A stretch of DNA of 63,993 nt, counting the filler, from Sphacelaria rigidula (Eukaryota), in NCBI GenBank assembly GCA_964200075.2. It is 3 parts of 3 records of this genome, joined end to end, with 100 filler letters (N's around TTAATTAATTAA, not from the genome) between each part and the next. Parts side by side here need not be neighbours in the genome. Positions count along the whole stretch, not along the records: positions 1 to 21,294 come from CAXNAA020000441.1; 2 more parts are not named here. One strand, 5' to 3'. Made by a program: the position numbers and the translations under genes. Of this stretch, positions 1 to 12,059 are shown one piece after another (the first letter of the stretch is position 1; each line of letters starts with the position of its first letter). Under the pieces are notes generated by a model. That model made no database searches and had not been told where the DNA came from. It saw only the letters and a program-made list of their open reading frames with translations.

Positions 1-339
1 GATGCGTGGTCAATGGTCAAATGACTACGGCAAGCAACAAATGAGTACGCCCACCCCGCCCCCTCCCGCCCCCCCGTAACGCCGCGATGGCCACTCATAC
101 AAAACACCACACATAGTCATACCTCGCCTTCCCTGTTTGCTGCTCCCTGAGGGCTGCCATCTTGGCTCGGACTTTGTGCGGCAGCCTGCCGCGCACCGAA
201 AGCAGGGCCCAACGATGGGCGCTACTTTGCACCGATCGCAGCGTATGCCGGGGTTTGTTAGGGGCGCTTGGCATCGCGTGTAGGGCACAAGAATGTTGGA
301 GGTCCATAGCCTATGAGGTGGAACGAACGGATGGAGAGG

Positions 340-1110
340 GGGGTGGGTACTACAGTGATCTATTTCTTGCCTTCGTCATTTGTGCATTGCCACGCCTTCC
401 TTTCGAGACGGACCACTGTTCCTATTCCTAACAATGATACCTCCGGCATTCGAGCGCTCATTACGTTTGTTCCATACATAGCACAAAAACCTTGTACATA
501 TCTTATCCCCGTCCTGTTTCGCCGTCTATGACCACCATCCATCTTTCCTAGCATAGCCATCGTTTTCTCGATATTATATCACGTACCAAACGATTTCATG
601 TAACATTCGTTTATTTGCCATATTTCCCATTCCAACACGTCCTGTTCCTCCTTGTATACTTCACATTCTGCCATCATATGAGTTCTATTCTCTCTTGCTT
701 TGCCACAGGGAAAATTCTGTGCATCTACTTCCTCCTCCAGCCGACTACTGGTATACTGTGCCTTAATCTTACTGACAGGTCCAGGTCCACCACTCGAAAT
801 GGCAGTTTCAATTTTTTTGCCTCCTCCATCGAGCCGCGCAGATATCTTTTCATCCCTGTGCTCTTTCTGGACACCCCGTATATCTTCAGGTGCTCTTCCT
901 CATCCACTTTTCGTCTGAGCACTTGCTTCCCCCTTATTTTCATCATGTCTTCCACTTTTCCTTGTATCCCCCTAAAGTCACCCATGAACATTATCTCGTC
1001 GTGGTTTCCTCCTATATCCTCCGATACTTTCTCGACTACGCTATCCCACCTTATTCCAGTCTGCCCTTTCCTTACTTTCTTCCATGCAGCCCTGTCAACT
1101 ATGGCTAGTT
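340..1110 (-). mobile_element. Decayed non-LTR retrotransposon 3' end (ORF2 C-terminus with zinc knuckle, plus 3' UTR)
   Basis: Minus strand reads ...KIYGVSRKSTGMKRYLRG...KLPFRVVDLDL, then after a frameshift AQNFPCGKARENRTHMMAECEVYKEE (degenerate CxxC-x-E-H-x4-C). The 3' end recurs at 1-52, 2700-2870, 2911-2962 and 51803-51855. Confidence 0.7.
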
Positions 1111-1376
1111 ATGTGGGTGGGTGGGGGTGGGGGGTGAGGGGAAAGTAAGGCATCGCCCTCCCCAACGCGAAGATCGCAGACATCGCGTACCCGACGGAGC
1201 CAACACGGTCAACACGGGGGGTAGATCTCTGCCGTTGCTGGGGCTAGTCCATGACATACCTGCAGACGAGTAGCCGTGACACACAATCTTCCCAGTATTA
1301 TTGCGGGATGCTGCTCAGGTATCCAACATTTCTAATCTCTGGCTCACTAACTGACAAAAGAAAATCTACAGCGTGA

Positions 1377-1691
1377 GCCGCCGCGTCCCGGTGGTGTAAA
1401 TGTCCGACTGTCCTCTTTAGGGTGGAGAGAACGAGGGTCCCATTCCCCATGCCTTGGGTTTTTTCTTCGTAATATCTGACTTCCACCGTGGAAAGCGTGA
1501 TGACGTGAGTAGATAAAGTAGTCGACTGAGTGTGCTTGATGGGAGGTGACGCGGTGCGGGAGTGCCGATAGTCATAACCCAATCCACGAGACCAAAATGC
1601 AAGGCGTGTACCGGGGGGGACAAGGGTTGATCCCTCGAAACCACAGACTCATCCCGAGGAAGAGGAGAGGTTCGAAGTGCGACAAAAAAAA
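1377..1691 (+). mobile_element. tRNA-derived SINE family A, copy 1
   Basis: GCCGCCGCGTCCCGGTGGTGTAA head with A/B-box-like motifs. The body is collinear with copies at 20508 and 32301, and it has an A-rich end. Confidence 0.75.
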
Positions 1692-1813
1692 TACTACGTA
1701 GTATATATAGAGCAGTAAAGGGGGGTGGGGGTAGNNNNNNNNNNAAAAACCCCAAAACAGGGAGAGGAGGAAGGAGAGGAGAGAGGGAAAAAAAAAAAGA
1801 ATTTTGTTGAGGT

Positions 1814-1814
<1 letters not shown>

Positions 1815-1865
<51 letters not shown>
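1815..1865. repeat. Poly-G tract near an N10 gap
   Basis: About 50 consecutive G. Confidence 0.95.
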
Positions 1866-2699
1866 CGTACTGCTGGACGGGGGAAGCACAAGCTGTGCGA
1901 GGACTAATACAGCTGTTGATGCAAGTTTTGTTTGGAGAGGTAACGATCACCTCGCGTGGCGCAGACCGTTGGTGTCGTTGCAAAAAATCAGAGATGACGT
2001 ATGAATTAATGCAGAACAAACAGGCTTGTACGCTCGGGTAGAATCTCGTACACAAAGCTAGCCCGAGCGCAGAGGGAAAATCAAATCTTGTCCGTCCAAG
2101 ACTTTCCTTTGCTCAGTCTGGAGTCATGAGCTAAAATTCAATATGCATGTTGGTACGTATAGAAAAATGGTACCCCTCAGCAATCGCGCTTCGCCACCGC
2201 GGCGGTATTGCGTGATATTGGTCCATTCTTCATTTACCAGATATTGGAAACCTTGGTGCCGAAGGACGAAACAAAAAAACGACGAAGTACAGCTATTCGG
2301 CTCATGGTTATCAGCAAAAGACGTGCTGGGCTTCTAACATAGCTCATTACTCGAAGAATGCGCGAAGGGGAAAGCGAAAAAAACGGCAAGCTTCGCATCG
2401 GAATAATTTTTCATATATCACTCAATTACTCTAGCGGGGAATATCAGGGGATCTATCTTATGACTTGAAATTGAGTACGGGATCAGAAATTCAAACCGAT
2501 CAGAAGCGCCTAATAAACCTTGGGGTTTAATTTTGACCCATTTCAAAAGCAAGATTGTTTCTCAGCGGCTGCTTTCAAAACTAAGTAATGAGAACAGTCC
2601 GTATCTCCACGAGCCCGACCTGGAAGCATTAAAACCAGAGCCTTCTGTGTGGTGTACCTAATATACCATAGATACAGACATTATCCCCCCGCCCCCTTT

Positions 2700-2975
2700 C
2701 AACAGGAAGGGGATAAGATAAGTCAAACGTTTTTGTGTAGTGTATGAAAAAAATATATCGAGCGCCCACATCTTGGAAGTGTCTCTATTACGAGTATGAA
2801 CGGTGCTCCGTCTCGAAAGGGATGCATGGTCAGTGGTCAAATGATGAAGGTAAGCAACAAATGAGTGCGACCCCTCCCTGCCCTCCTCCCCCTTTGCCCC
2901 GTCTCGACAGGGATGCGTGATCAACGGTCAAATGACTAAGACAAGCAGCAAATGAGTACGCCCCCCCCCCCTCCC
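2700..2975 (+). mobile_element. Two tandem 3'-end fragments of the LINE at 340-1110
   Basis: Reverse-complement similarity to 345-520. GGTCAAATGA...GCAACAAATGAGTRCG occurs twice, each time followed by a C-rich tract. Confidence 0.65.
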
Positions 2976-2994
2976 CTACTCGTATACACAGGTC

Positions 2995-3190
2995 GCCCCG
3001 GTGGCTCAGTTGGTAGCGTTGAATCCTCCTGACGGTTGGGGTCGTGGGTTCGAATCTCGGTGAAGTCACACAATCTGGGATTTTTTCTCACACCATGCCC
3101 AACAGTGGAGAGCGACTACATCTTGAGTAAAAATATTCGACTTCAAGGTCAACGAGGGAAAGGGACTACTGAACCCTTCTTGCGACAAAA
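2995..3190 (+). mobile_element. tRNA-derived SINE family B (tRNA-like head 2995-3063)
   Basis: A box TGGCTCAGTTGG and B box GGTTCGAATCT at tRNA spacing, but the acceptor and anticodon stems do not pair. Confidence 0.6.
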
Positions 3191-3736
3191 AAGAAGGCAA
3201 GTACAGCATGAGGGAGATGGAGTAATAAGACAAAATAAAAAAAGTAATCTCCTGTGTTGGCCTTCCTCCTGTATGACCCGGCATATTCGCCAACATATCC
3301 CGAAAGGTCGAGACTGGCATCGACAGTAGACAGGAGGATAATATTTATCCTGTTCCGGCGAAAACTCGGCGTGTTTCGTCCCGGCTTTGTTGGGATGGAC
3401 CCTCGATAGGGTTGGCGTCGGTTGGTTATAACGCTGTTAAACACGCCACTCACTGCGTAAGCTAGGCAACCGGGGTACCGTTTTTTTTCGCGCCCTTGCG
3501 TTGTTTTAGCGGAAACCATGACGGTAGTCGAGCTTGATCATATTGTGTGGCGTGGGAGAACCATCATTCCGTCTAAAGGAATGGTCATCCTTCGTCCCCC
3601 CTTGATGCACACCAGGCAGAGCTTCACTGACTCAAAAAATGTCGTCAGGTACAGCACGGGCATATCCATTCTTAAAATTTCTTGAGACAAGCATAGAAAT
3701 AGACACACACGGGGAAGGCCTTTTGGAGTTGACTAC

Positions 3737-3940
3737 CTGAGCTTCGCGTGGGCGCAGCTGTCTCCCCTTCGTGCTGCGCAAGCGTCTGCCCCCAGTACCA
3801 AGGCCGCCTGGTGCAGGATCCAGCGGTGCTCATGTTGCCGCCGCTGCATCAGATACTTGGCTTGCAGCAGCGCCACGGTTTCGCTGGTTTGCTGTTGCCA
3901 CAGCAGGCATAGCCGCGCCTTGGCCCCATCTCCAGAGCGC
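3737..3940 (-). CDS. Internal exon of an unknown protein (possibly the same gene as the 9133-9398 exon)
   Basis: ttctccag| acceptor, CAG|gtagtc donor, 204 nt open and GC-rich: RSGDGAKARLCLLWQQQ...HAKLR. Confidence 0.55.
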
Positions 3941-4529
3941 CTGGAGAACATAACGGTCGGTTCAAGGTGACGGTATCATTCAACGTCCGACGAGACCACT
4001 ACCAAAAATCACCTTGGCTACAGAGTACGACACTACACGGGATTCCACTTGTAATCTACGTACGGATTTGTATGGTTCCATAATTTTGAGAAGTCATCGT
4101 ATTTGTTTCCCTCTGGTTGGAGGTTAAACAAGGAAATTAAAGGCTACTGCGATCATGGAGCGTAATTCTTGGGGTCAAGAGCCAATCAGGAACGTCTAGT
4201 GACAGACTCCAGAACTTGAAGAGCAACCTGCAAGTTGCCCATCTGGGAGTTGCATCGAAGGACGTACAAAATCAAGACAGTACATACCTTACAATATTTC
4301 AAGGTTGTATTCTGTAGGGTATAGCGAGTGGAATTCGGGTATTTTGACGAGTATGAAAGAGGTGTTTCGTGGGCAAATACCCTTCCGAAACCATATCAGA
4401 GTGTGTTTGGTACACATAACAATATGGTTTAGTATGCTAACTAAAAATCCCCCACTTTAGGATATACCCTACAGAACACATCGTTGCAATATTTCATGTT
4501 CACACGCGGGCTTCGATTTTGTGTTTCGA

Positions 4530-5720
4530 CCCTTATGAAAACGGTAGGGCGTGGTGGCATGTCAGGAAAATCCACAGGACCGTTGCATCACGGCTACAAT
4601 AGAGGCATCTTCTCTTCACAGCGCAGCACATCCACAACATCATATTTGCCCTTCAAGATGAAAGGCCCTTGCGCGGACGTGGCTGATACCTGTCATCAAC
4701 CATGTCTGAACATGTCCTGTCGTGACCGCTAAAGGCCCCAAGGAGGCTGGCCGCCCCCACAAATACTGGGGGAACAACCTGCAGGAGAAATTGCGTGCAC
4801 TAGAGGCTTTCCCACGCAAAGGAGTGCGACGGAAATGGTTCCATTGCGGTGTGGAGATGGGCGATGCACACAATCGGGTCACTGCGGCGAGGAACATGGG
4901 CAAATGGCCTCTTGGAGCCGATAAAGGGGCGAGACAGTACGCGAACACGTGCCGACGCGACGACAACCGCCAACCGGACCTCCGCCACGGATAAGAAGCT
5001 GCTGCGTCGAGAGCCGCCGATCGGAGAGCCGCCATTCGGAGAGCTGCCACCGCTAACACAACGCCAGCAATAGCTCGCGAGGCATCCAGGATGGAAATGA
5101 CGAGAGAATCACCCGCTGTGTACCCGAGTAGGGATAACTGGGGGGAGGTGGGCTCACACGACAACTGAAACTGACGTACCTCTGCCTTTAACTATCAACC
5201 GTTGATTTTTGTCCTTGGTTCGATGGTCTTGCGGGGTGCTCTGGTTGTGCATTTGCACCCGCTCTACTGTACTATGTCCTTGGGCTTCATCACTACTTCA
5301 GTTTCCCCCTTCTCTCTTGTCTCTCTTGTCTCTCTTCTCTCTCTCTCTTTCCTCCCGGTGTACGAGTATGCCAGTCCAAGTTTGGCGCTTCACGCCCGCA
5401 GGGTTTATGGATGAGCGCTTCATCCAAAAATAGTGATGTCGGAATAGATGAGCCACAATCTGTTCCCAAGGCTTGCTTGTTTTCAGGTGTGTTTTTTTTA
5501 GTTTGAGGGCATGTGCTTTTGCGGAAGACCTTTTCCACCTGAAGTCACGTTGCAGAGGTTGGGCCCTCTTTTTTTCCAGACTACTCTGGCTGTTCCATCC
5601 TTTGCTTCCCTTCACTTTTCTACGGAGAGTTTTTCCGTTTTGTTCATCTCGGGTAGGTCTATCATGTGATCACGGCTAGGTCTCTGGTAGATCAGTTCAT
5701 CTGCGACTATCGATCAATAG
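4530..5720 (+). mobile_element. 5'-truncated RTE-clade LINE (ORF2 end, 3' UTR and tail)
   Basis: GRPHKYWGNNL...VTAARNMGKW is collinear with 14600-15780. Ends in a GATCAGTT..GCGACTATCGATCAA tail. Confidence 0.75.
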
Positions 5721-5869
5721 AATGGACTAACCAACTTCGACTAATTGATTGACTGAGGCCGTGTCTTATCAAATTGTTTTCGACTCGAAAACGTACGGTG
5801 GAGTTGAATTTGCTCGTACCTGATACGTCCACTACATTCATGTTCTCAACCATCTGAGGAAAATAAATA

Positions 5870-6840
5870 CCGTAAAAGTGCGAGAGATGGCACCGGGTGC
5901 GATCGATTTTTTTAATGTTTCTTTCTCGGATTTTTTTTCGCACCCCGGTGCCATCTCCCCGACCCCGGTGCCAAAATGCAATTGAATGATTATTTCTGGA
6001 TTATTCAACGCACTACGGTGCCATCTCTCCGACCGGTGCGATGCCCAAACAAATGCAAACCGTGGCTTACATACATACTGATGATGCTACAGCAGTGCTG
6101 AAAGCGGGCACCCCGGTGCCATCTCTCGCATCATCACCGCACCCCATACCGCCTTACAGCAACTCATCGGTACCGTTGTACGAGCAGATAAAGGTGTGAT
6201 GTAATAACGGGAAGAAACAGGAAGCACACACCAGACGCACCTACACCGCTAGCTGTACACCGCGCACAACAACCCGAACCAGAAAAGGCGGCGAAATAGA
6301 TGAAAAAAGAAAAATCTCCCGCCAAGGTCCCGCCGATTTTTTTTGTGTGGTACCGCAGAGCACACATACAACCCAACCATGTCAGAGGACGCAGGTGCCC
6401 AAACCACCTCCTCACAGCCTAGTGGCAATGCTGCTACTGCTGCTCCTACTTCGGCTGCTTCATTTGGGTGTGTACGGTACTTTGTTCGGACGGAATGAGC
6501 GATTTTCCATGCGGATTAAATGAAAATAACAGACATCATCCTGCCTGAACCGTGACCATACGCAAAGCAGTGTTGCCTCAACAACATGTTGACAACACTA
6601 CACACGTGAAAGGTACCCATGTGTGTACATGCAGCAGCTCATGAGCGGCCCTGCTCCACCCGCGACACCCTCAAAGTTGGGTTCCGGGTCGGTAAGATCG
6701 CACCGAAGTGCGATCTTACCGACCCCGGTGCGAAAATACAATTAAATCATGCCATTTTCACTTCTTTTTTGCACACCCCCGTGCCAGCTCCCCGACCGGT
6801 GCCATCTTCCCGACCGGTGCCATCTCTCGCACTTTTACGG
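5870..6840. mobile_element. Non-autonomous Tc1/mariner-pogo-type TIR element (MITE)
   Basis: Perfect 27-bp TIR CCGTAAAAGTGCGAGAGATGGCACCGG, TA duplication at 5868-5869 and 6841-6842, internal CCGGTGCCATCTC repeats. Confidence 0.9.
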
Positions 6841-9132
6841 TAGTTTAGACGACTCAGAAACGAGCGAAATTAGTTTCGATTGATTGGTTGATTATCGCAC
6901 TTCAACCGATCCTCCATGAATCATGATCCAGCCGTGGTCATCATCCACGTGACAGACGTACCCGACATGAAAACAAAACGGAAACAGAAACACTCGCTGA
7001 TGAAAAATGAACAAAAGTACAGAGAAGGTAAACCAGACCGACGAAGTAGACTACGAAAAGAAAAAAAGCAAAGAAAGAAAGTCAACTGACCGCATATCTA
7101 GAGTCTTCATTGATCATGGCACCTCAACTAATTTCCGAAGGTAGCCATGGTCACAAGACGGACGTATCCAGGATAAGAAAGAAGAAATAGCTCGCCACAG
7201 GAAACTGGAGAAGGGCGACATCAAAAATGAAAATAGAATGAACAGATTACGTTGAGCTCACCCACCCCCCACCTTCCCCGAGAAACAAACAAAAAGTCTA
7301 CACGCCCATATGCATATCTTGAGCTCTTTATGTATCTCACAATATATTATACTTGGACTCTCAGCATCCCCGTTATATAAATGTTCCGAATCTAGGCCAA
7401 ACACCTCAGCCACTCCATGACAGGATCAAATTTTCACCTCTTAGACGCTTGCTACGGAGCTAGGTCAACGGGTATGCCAAAATAACCGCAAAGTCCGAAG
7501 CTGCGGATTTTTTCCGATCGCTCTTGCGATTGATCGATCATTTAACGGGTCATCGCCTAGGTGACGACGGCGGCGGCGAGCGTAGGGCTTTCCATGGCGG
7601 ATCCCAACTATTGATATAGTATAGACATGCGCTTGTTTAAATTTTTTTGAATCGATCAGAATCGAGAGACCTCAAGAGTCTTTGGAGGATGGTCGATACC
7701 CACATTGTACACCTGGCCGAGTTTCTTTGCAGGTGACGTGCTGATAGTGGCGCGCACTGCTCTTTCCTGGGGATCTGCAGACCTCGGCGATGGATAGAGC
7801 GAACGTCATTCATGAGTGTACTTTCATTGTTTCTCACATGACGGCTACCATCCTCCCTGCTACTATGAGAGGCCGTCAAAGATATTCGACCCTTTTAATG
7901 CCACGGTAGATACATCTGGGTCCTGCATATGTTTGTCAAGTCGAAATGATGCCGGCCGCGAAGCCCCCTCGAAATGACCATCACACAGTGACTGCCGAGC
8001 GCCAATCAGACACGCTTTCCACAACGACACGAAGGAGTCGTTGAGGTGTTTACGTTTGAAACGACCAAAGCGTGTGTTCGCCAAGATAACGAATAAGCAA
8101 AAGCGACGAAATTCTAAAGCCAACGAAAAATTACGGCCATGCTCCTGTGCAGCATGATGGACTTCAATTTCCCAACGAACTAGTATTTCATCATCCCGCA
8201 AGCGCGAGTAAGGTGTTGAAGCACAGGGAGAGGTGTTGCTGCAGATCGCCATCAGCCCTCTCTTCGTTGCTGCGGCAATTGCATCGAATAAACCATAACG
8301 AATAGCGCAAGTGAAGCTTACTTCACTGTTATCGCAGTGAAGCGGTAATCAAACGAGCAACAACACGGGACTATCAGCAATAATACTGTTCCGAAATGAG
8401 CCTTGTGCTCAACGGGATAACTGAGCACCAACTTCATTTGTCCGCAGATACTCGAATGATACCTACGCCAACTACCTCGCGTAAGTCATGAATCCCGGAG
8501 CATAGCGCTTGTAAGGCCAGTTGCAAAAGCGAACATGACTGCTTCAGAAAGTGCCCCCCTTTCACCCGTCTTCGCCCAAGGGACTGTCAATAACAACACT
8601 CGTACTGGTCGAACCCGAGCTTCACAGCGGAAGTGTTGGACCTTTCAGGGCCCGCAGATGGACAACTGCGTCTGGGAGTCATTCTTCATGTGACCATGAT
8701 GCCGCTCAAACGATGTGCACGACAGAGCGCTCAAAGGGTCGACTACTGAGTGTACCGAACTGCTTTGTCCTGCACGAATCTAGTGTCGGCTACACGATGT
8801 GCGAAAGCGATGAAAAAATATAAAAATACGAGTCTGGCACCGCATTTCAGAACAGTTTCAACGTGGAAGAAAGTCCCGCATATACCGTCCCAAAGCCTGG
8901 CGCTTCCCCAGTGGGCGCAGTCGGGGAAAGTGAGGTAAGTAATGCGGGCGAACCCCATGGCTGGCTGCACCTCCTGTTGATAGCAGTACCTATCTCACCA
9001 TACAGACCTTCGCTGTGAATGGGATGTGCACTTTGCCCCGGCAACACACAACTTCAACCTAACTCACGCACATATGATCGTATGCTCATGGATTAGAGGG
9101 AACCAACACCAACGACATTACAGCGTTCTTAC

Positions 9133-9398
9133 CAAGCTGTCTTCTTCCTACGCTGGCGTCTAGAGCGGTGGCTCCTGGGACCCTTTCCAGCGGGGCCATA
9201 AGACGCTTTGATGACGCTCTTCCATGCTTCCGATGTGTCGAACGTATCCGCGGACTCGCGCGAGGTGCATATGAGGCACACCACTTCAGGCGGAATCAGG
9301 TAGGGTACAAACAGAAGGTGCGCGAAGGGGACATCGCCCCACCCCCTTGTAGGTGCCTCCGAAATAGTCAAGCGTGATTTTGAATTATGCTGAATCAT
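9133..9398 (-). CDS. Probable first coding exon with an F-box-like segment
   Basis: ATG at 9398 and a strong TG|gtaag donor. VPFAHLLFVPYLIPPEVVCLICTSRE...EAWKSVI resembles the F-box pattern. A phase-compatible next exon begins at caacag| near 8973. Confidence 0.4.
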
Positions 9399-10040
9399 CT
9401 AGCTGCGATACTGGTAGTTGCGCGGGTTGGACAGGATGTAGCTACATGTAAGATGCCGAATGCTTCTTCTGTTTTTAGTTTTTACTTTCGTACGATAATT
9501 GGTTCATTGAGTCCCGTTGGTCTATGGTAGTACCATCACCAATCAGCAGACGCATCTCTTGGTTTTCCCCCCGTCCCTGTGCCTCCGTGTTCCCCATGAT
9601 GATCGATTCGAGATCAACTTTGCAGTGTAGACTACTACGGCAGTATTCACAACACAGGATGCATGCATATCAACGTTCAAAGTACGAAGGCAACAAGACG
9701 AGCTTGTGCATTGGTCCTGTCCCTACAACGCAAGAGAGAGGCGGTTGATCTAACGGCCAATCGGCCATATGCTCGTGATTCGTACATGCATGATGACTGT
9801 CGTCCTGCGTCTTGCAGACAGTATATCTGCTACTGTACTGTTGCTGCTACGACTTCGAAGGACACACATCGCACACAGGCAGCTTGAAGAAGATCAACGC
9901 CTTTATCGATAAGGGGGAAAGCCCGTTGGTGTCCCATGCTGGTGAACGTGCGATTTTTTGACGTCCGCGGAAACGAGTTTTGAACTTTTCTAGTCGTCGC
10001 TATCTTCTATCTTCGACATCTATTGCGGCGCAATTGCGTT

Positions 10041-10058
10041 GCGGGAAAGGGCGGGAAA
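10041..10058. promoter_or_regulatory. Tandem E2F-like motifs in a putative bidirectional promoter
   Basis: GCGGGAAA at 10041 and 10051 (TTTCCCGC on the minus strand), between divergent ATGs at 9398 and 10223. Confidence 0.3.
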
Positions 10059-10222
10059 CGCCTGCAGAACGCGGTCCAATTATCGAGCCGCGACCAACAG
10101 GAAATATACTGTACCGCGATGAGCACAAAGTACAGTCGCCACATGCTATCACTGTCCCAACCGGGTTGAGGTACATAACTTGCAGCTGGTATATTGAGTC
10201 TCCTGCCTAGCATAGAGGTATC

Positions 10223-10713
10223 ATGGCGTCAGTTGCAACTGCTCGCCAGGAGGCCGTGCGGCTCATGTACCTGCCGAATCGTAAGGCCACCATCCAACGA
10301 GACACCAACCACCGACAGAAGGTAGGCTGTTATTATCACCGCGAGATGAATGTCCACTCCACCGATTCCAGCAGTGTAGCAGTGGTAGTGACGCAGTTGT
10401 TGAGCAGTATTTAACATCTCGATCGCTATGCTTGTAGTTGTGGAGCAACTTATACTTCCGCAAAATGAAGACGGGAGATGGCTCTACACTCTGCTTCCAG
10501 TATATTATACTGGCGGTAGGACCGCCGCTGTGGCTTTTTCACGTTCGAGGGTTACCTTGTACTTTGCCTTCCTTTCTGGCGCGTTGGCGACCTTCCAAAA
10601 ATATGGGTTTTATACTTGGGGCGTCTGAGCACGTATTTGACGTATACACGCACAGGACAAGACTAGCATACATGAGGACTACCTCCAGGAGAACGTCCTA
10701 CTTTCCCTGCCCG
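10223..10713 (+). CDS. First two exons (10223-10321, 10656-10713) of a plus-strand gene, probably the CFAP97-domain gene
   Basis: MASVATARQEAVRLMYLPNRKATIQRDTNHRQK|gtaggc ... cacag|DKTSIHEDYLQENVLLSLP G|gtaagt; the phases are consistent. Confidence 0.55.
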
Positions 10714-11179
10714 GTAAGTCTGGGTGGTTATGGGGTGCAAATTGCATCTCCCGAACGGAGGCGCTTACAATGATAAGTGAATAGATGGAATGATGGAGAT
10801 GCGTATATAACAAGAGGAAACCAAAAAATGGAATGTATGGAAAACACAATTTCGGGTCAGAAATAATCAAATATTCGCCACTTCGAATCGCTTTAAGCCA
10901 AATTCGACCGGTTCTTTCCATTTTCATGCTGGACAGAAGTGATGATGCGAAATAAGTGATTTGAGACGAGATATACTCGTAGCTAGTCTCTGTACAAGAG
11001 CCAAGCTAAACCGATCAACCTTTGATTGTTTATTGTGCCATGTTGACAATCCTGTTTTTTATACTCCAGGAGAAGGGACGACATACGGGAATTTTCGGGC
11101 GGACTGAGTTTTTGGCAGCCGTTCGGTCGCATGGGTCAAGCACCAACTATTAGAATGTATTTGTTCTATAAAGAAAAAC

Positions 11180-12010
11180 GCCCAAGCATTCAGCGAAAGA
11201 AACGAAAATCGAATCGTACGCAATTGAGGGCTCGTGCAAATATTACTACCAATAGTTATGGGATAGATAGAGGAAACATGTGCACTAGGGGGCTCTCCCA
11301 CGCAACGGAGCACGACGGATTTGATGTGTGGAGTGGAGGTCCAAGACCCGTACGATTGGATCACTGCGGCAAAGAATATGGGCAAATGTCACCTTGTAAT
11401 CGAGGAAGGGGTGAAATAGTTCAAGGAGGCGTGGCGACGCGAAAACAAACTCCAATCGGACCTTCGCCACAAACGAAAGGCTGCTGCATCGAGAGTCGCC
11501 AATCAAAGACCCGCCACTGCTGACACAACGACAACAGCTCGCGAGGAATCCACGATGGAAATGGCCGAGAGAGTCTCTCGCCTTGTACCCGACTAGGGAT
11601 GAGTGAGGGAAGATGAGCTGACGCGGAAACTACCTCACCCCTACCCTCGCTTATCGGTTGCTGACTTTGTCCTCGGTCGGTGGTTTTTCGATATCCCCTG
11701 GTTGTGCGTTTGTACATACCATTACTGTGTCTTCGGGTTTCATCGCTCCCTTGGCTCCCTTTCTCTATTTCTCCGTTTTTTTTTCTCTGTCTCTCGCCTC
11801 CGTGTTTGCAGTAGTGGTGTGGTGCCTTGCTTCCACAGGAATCATCGGTGAGAGCTCATACGTAAGTTGTAGGGTCCGATATAGCTGAGCCACGATTTGC
11901 CCCTACGATCTTTGATCTTTTTGTCTCGTGCACGGGTGCATGAGCTTTTAGCGCACAGCCTTTCTTCACCTGGAGCCATACTGCAGGGGCAGACCAGTTC
12001 TAGTTTTATT
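11180..12010 (+). mobile_element. 5'-truncated RTE LINE 3' end
   Basis: Collinear with 14760-15620 (e.g. GGACCTTCGCCACAAACGA..GCTGCTGC). Confidence 0.7.
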
Positions 12011-12059
12011 CCTTGGTTCAGTTTACTTCATCACCACAAAACGCTACCTATTTACTTTG

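Noticed and set aside
1417-2055. Pro/Gly-rich ORFs (also 16791-17232)
   Set aside because: Artefacts of poly-G tracts and N gaps.
2995-3063. Functional tRNA gene
   Set aside because: A and B boxes are present but the cloverleaf stems fail, so a SINE head is more likely. The same applies at 1377, 20508 and 32301.
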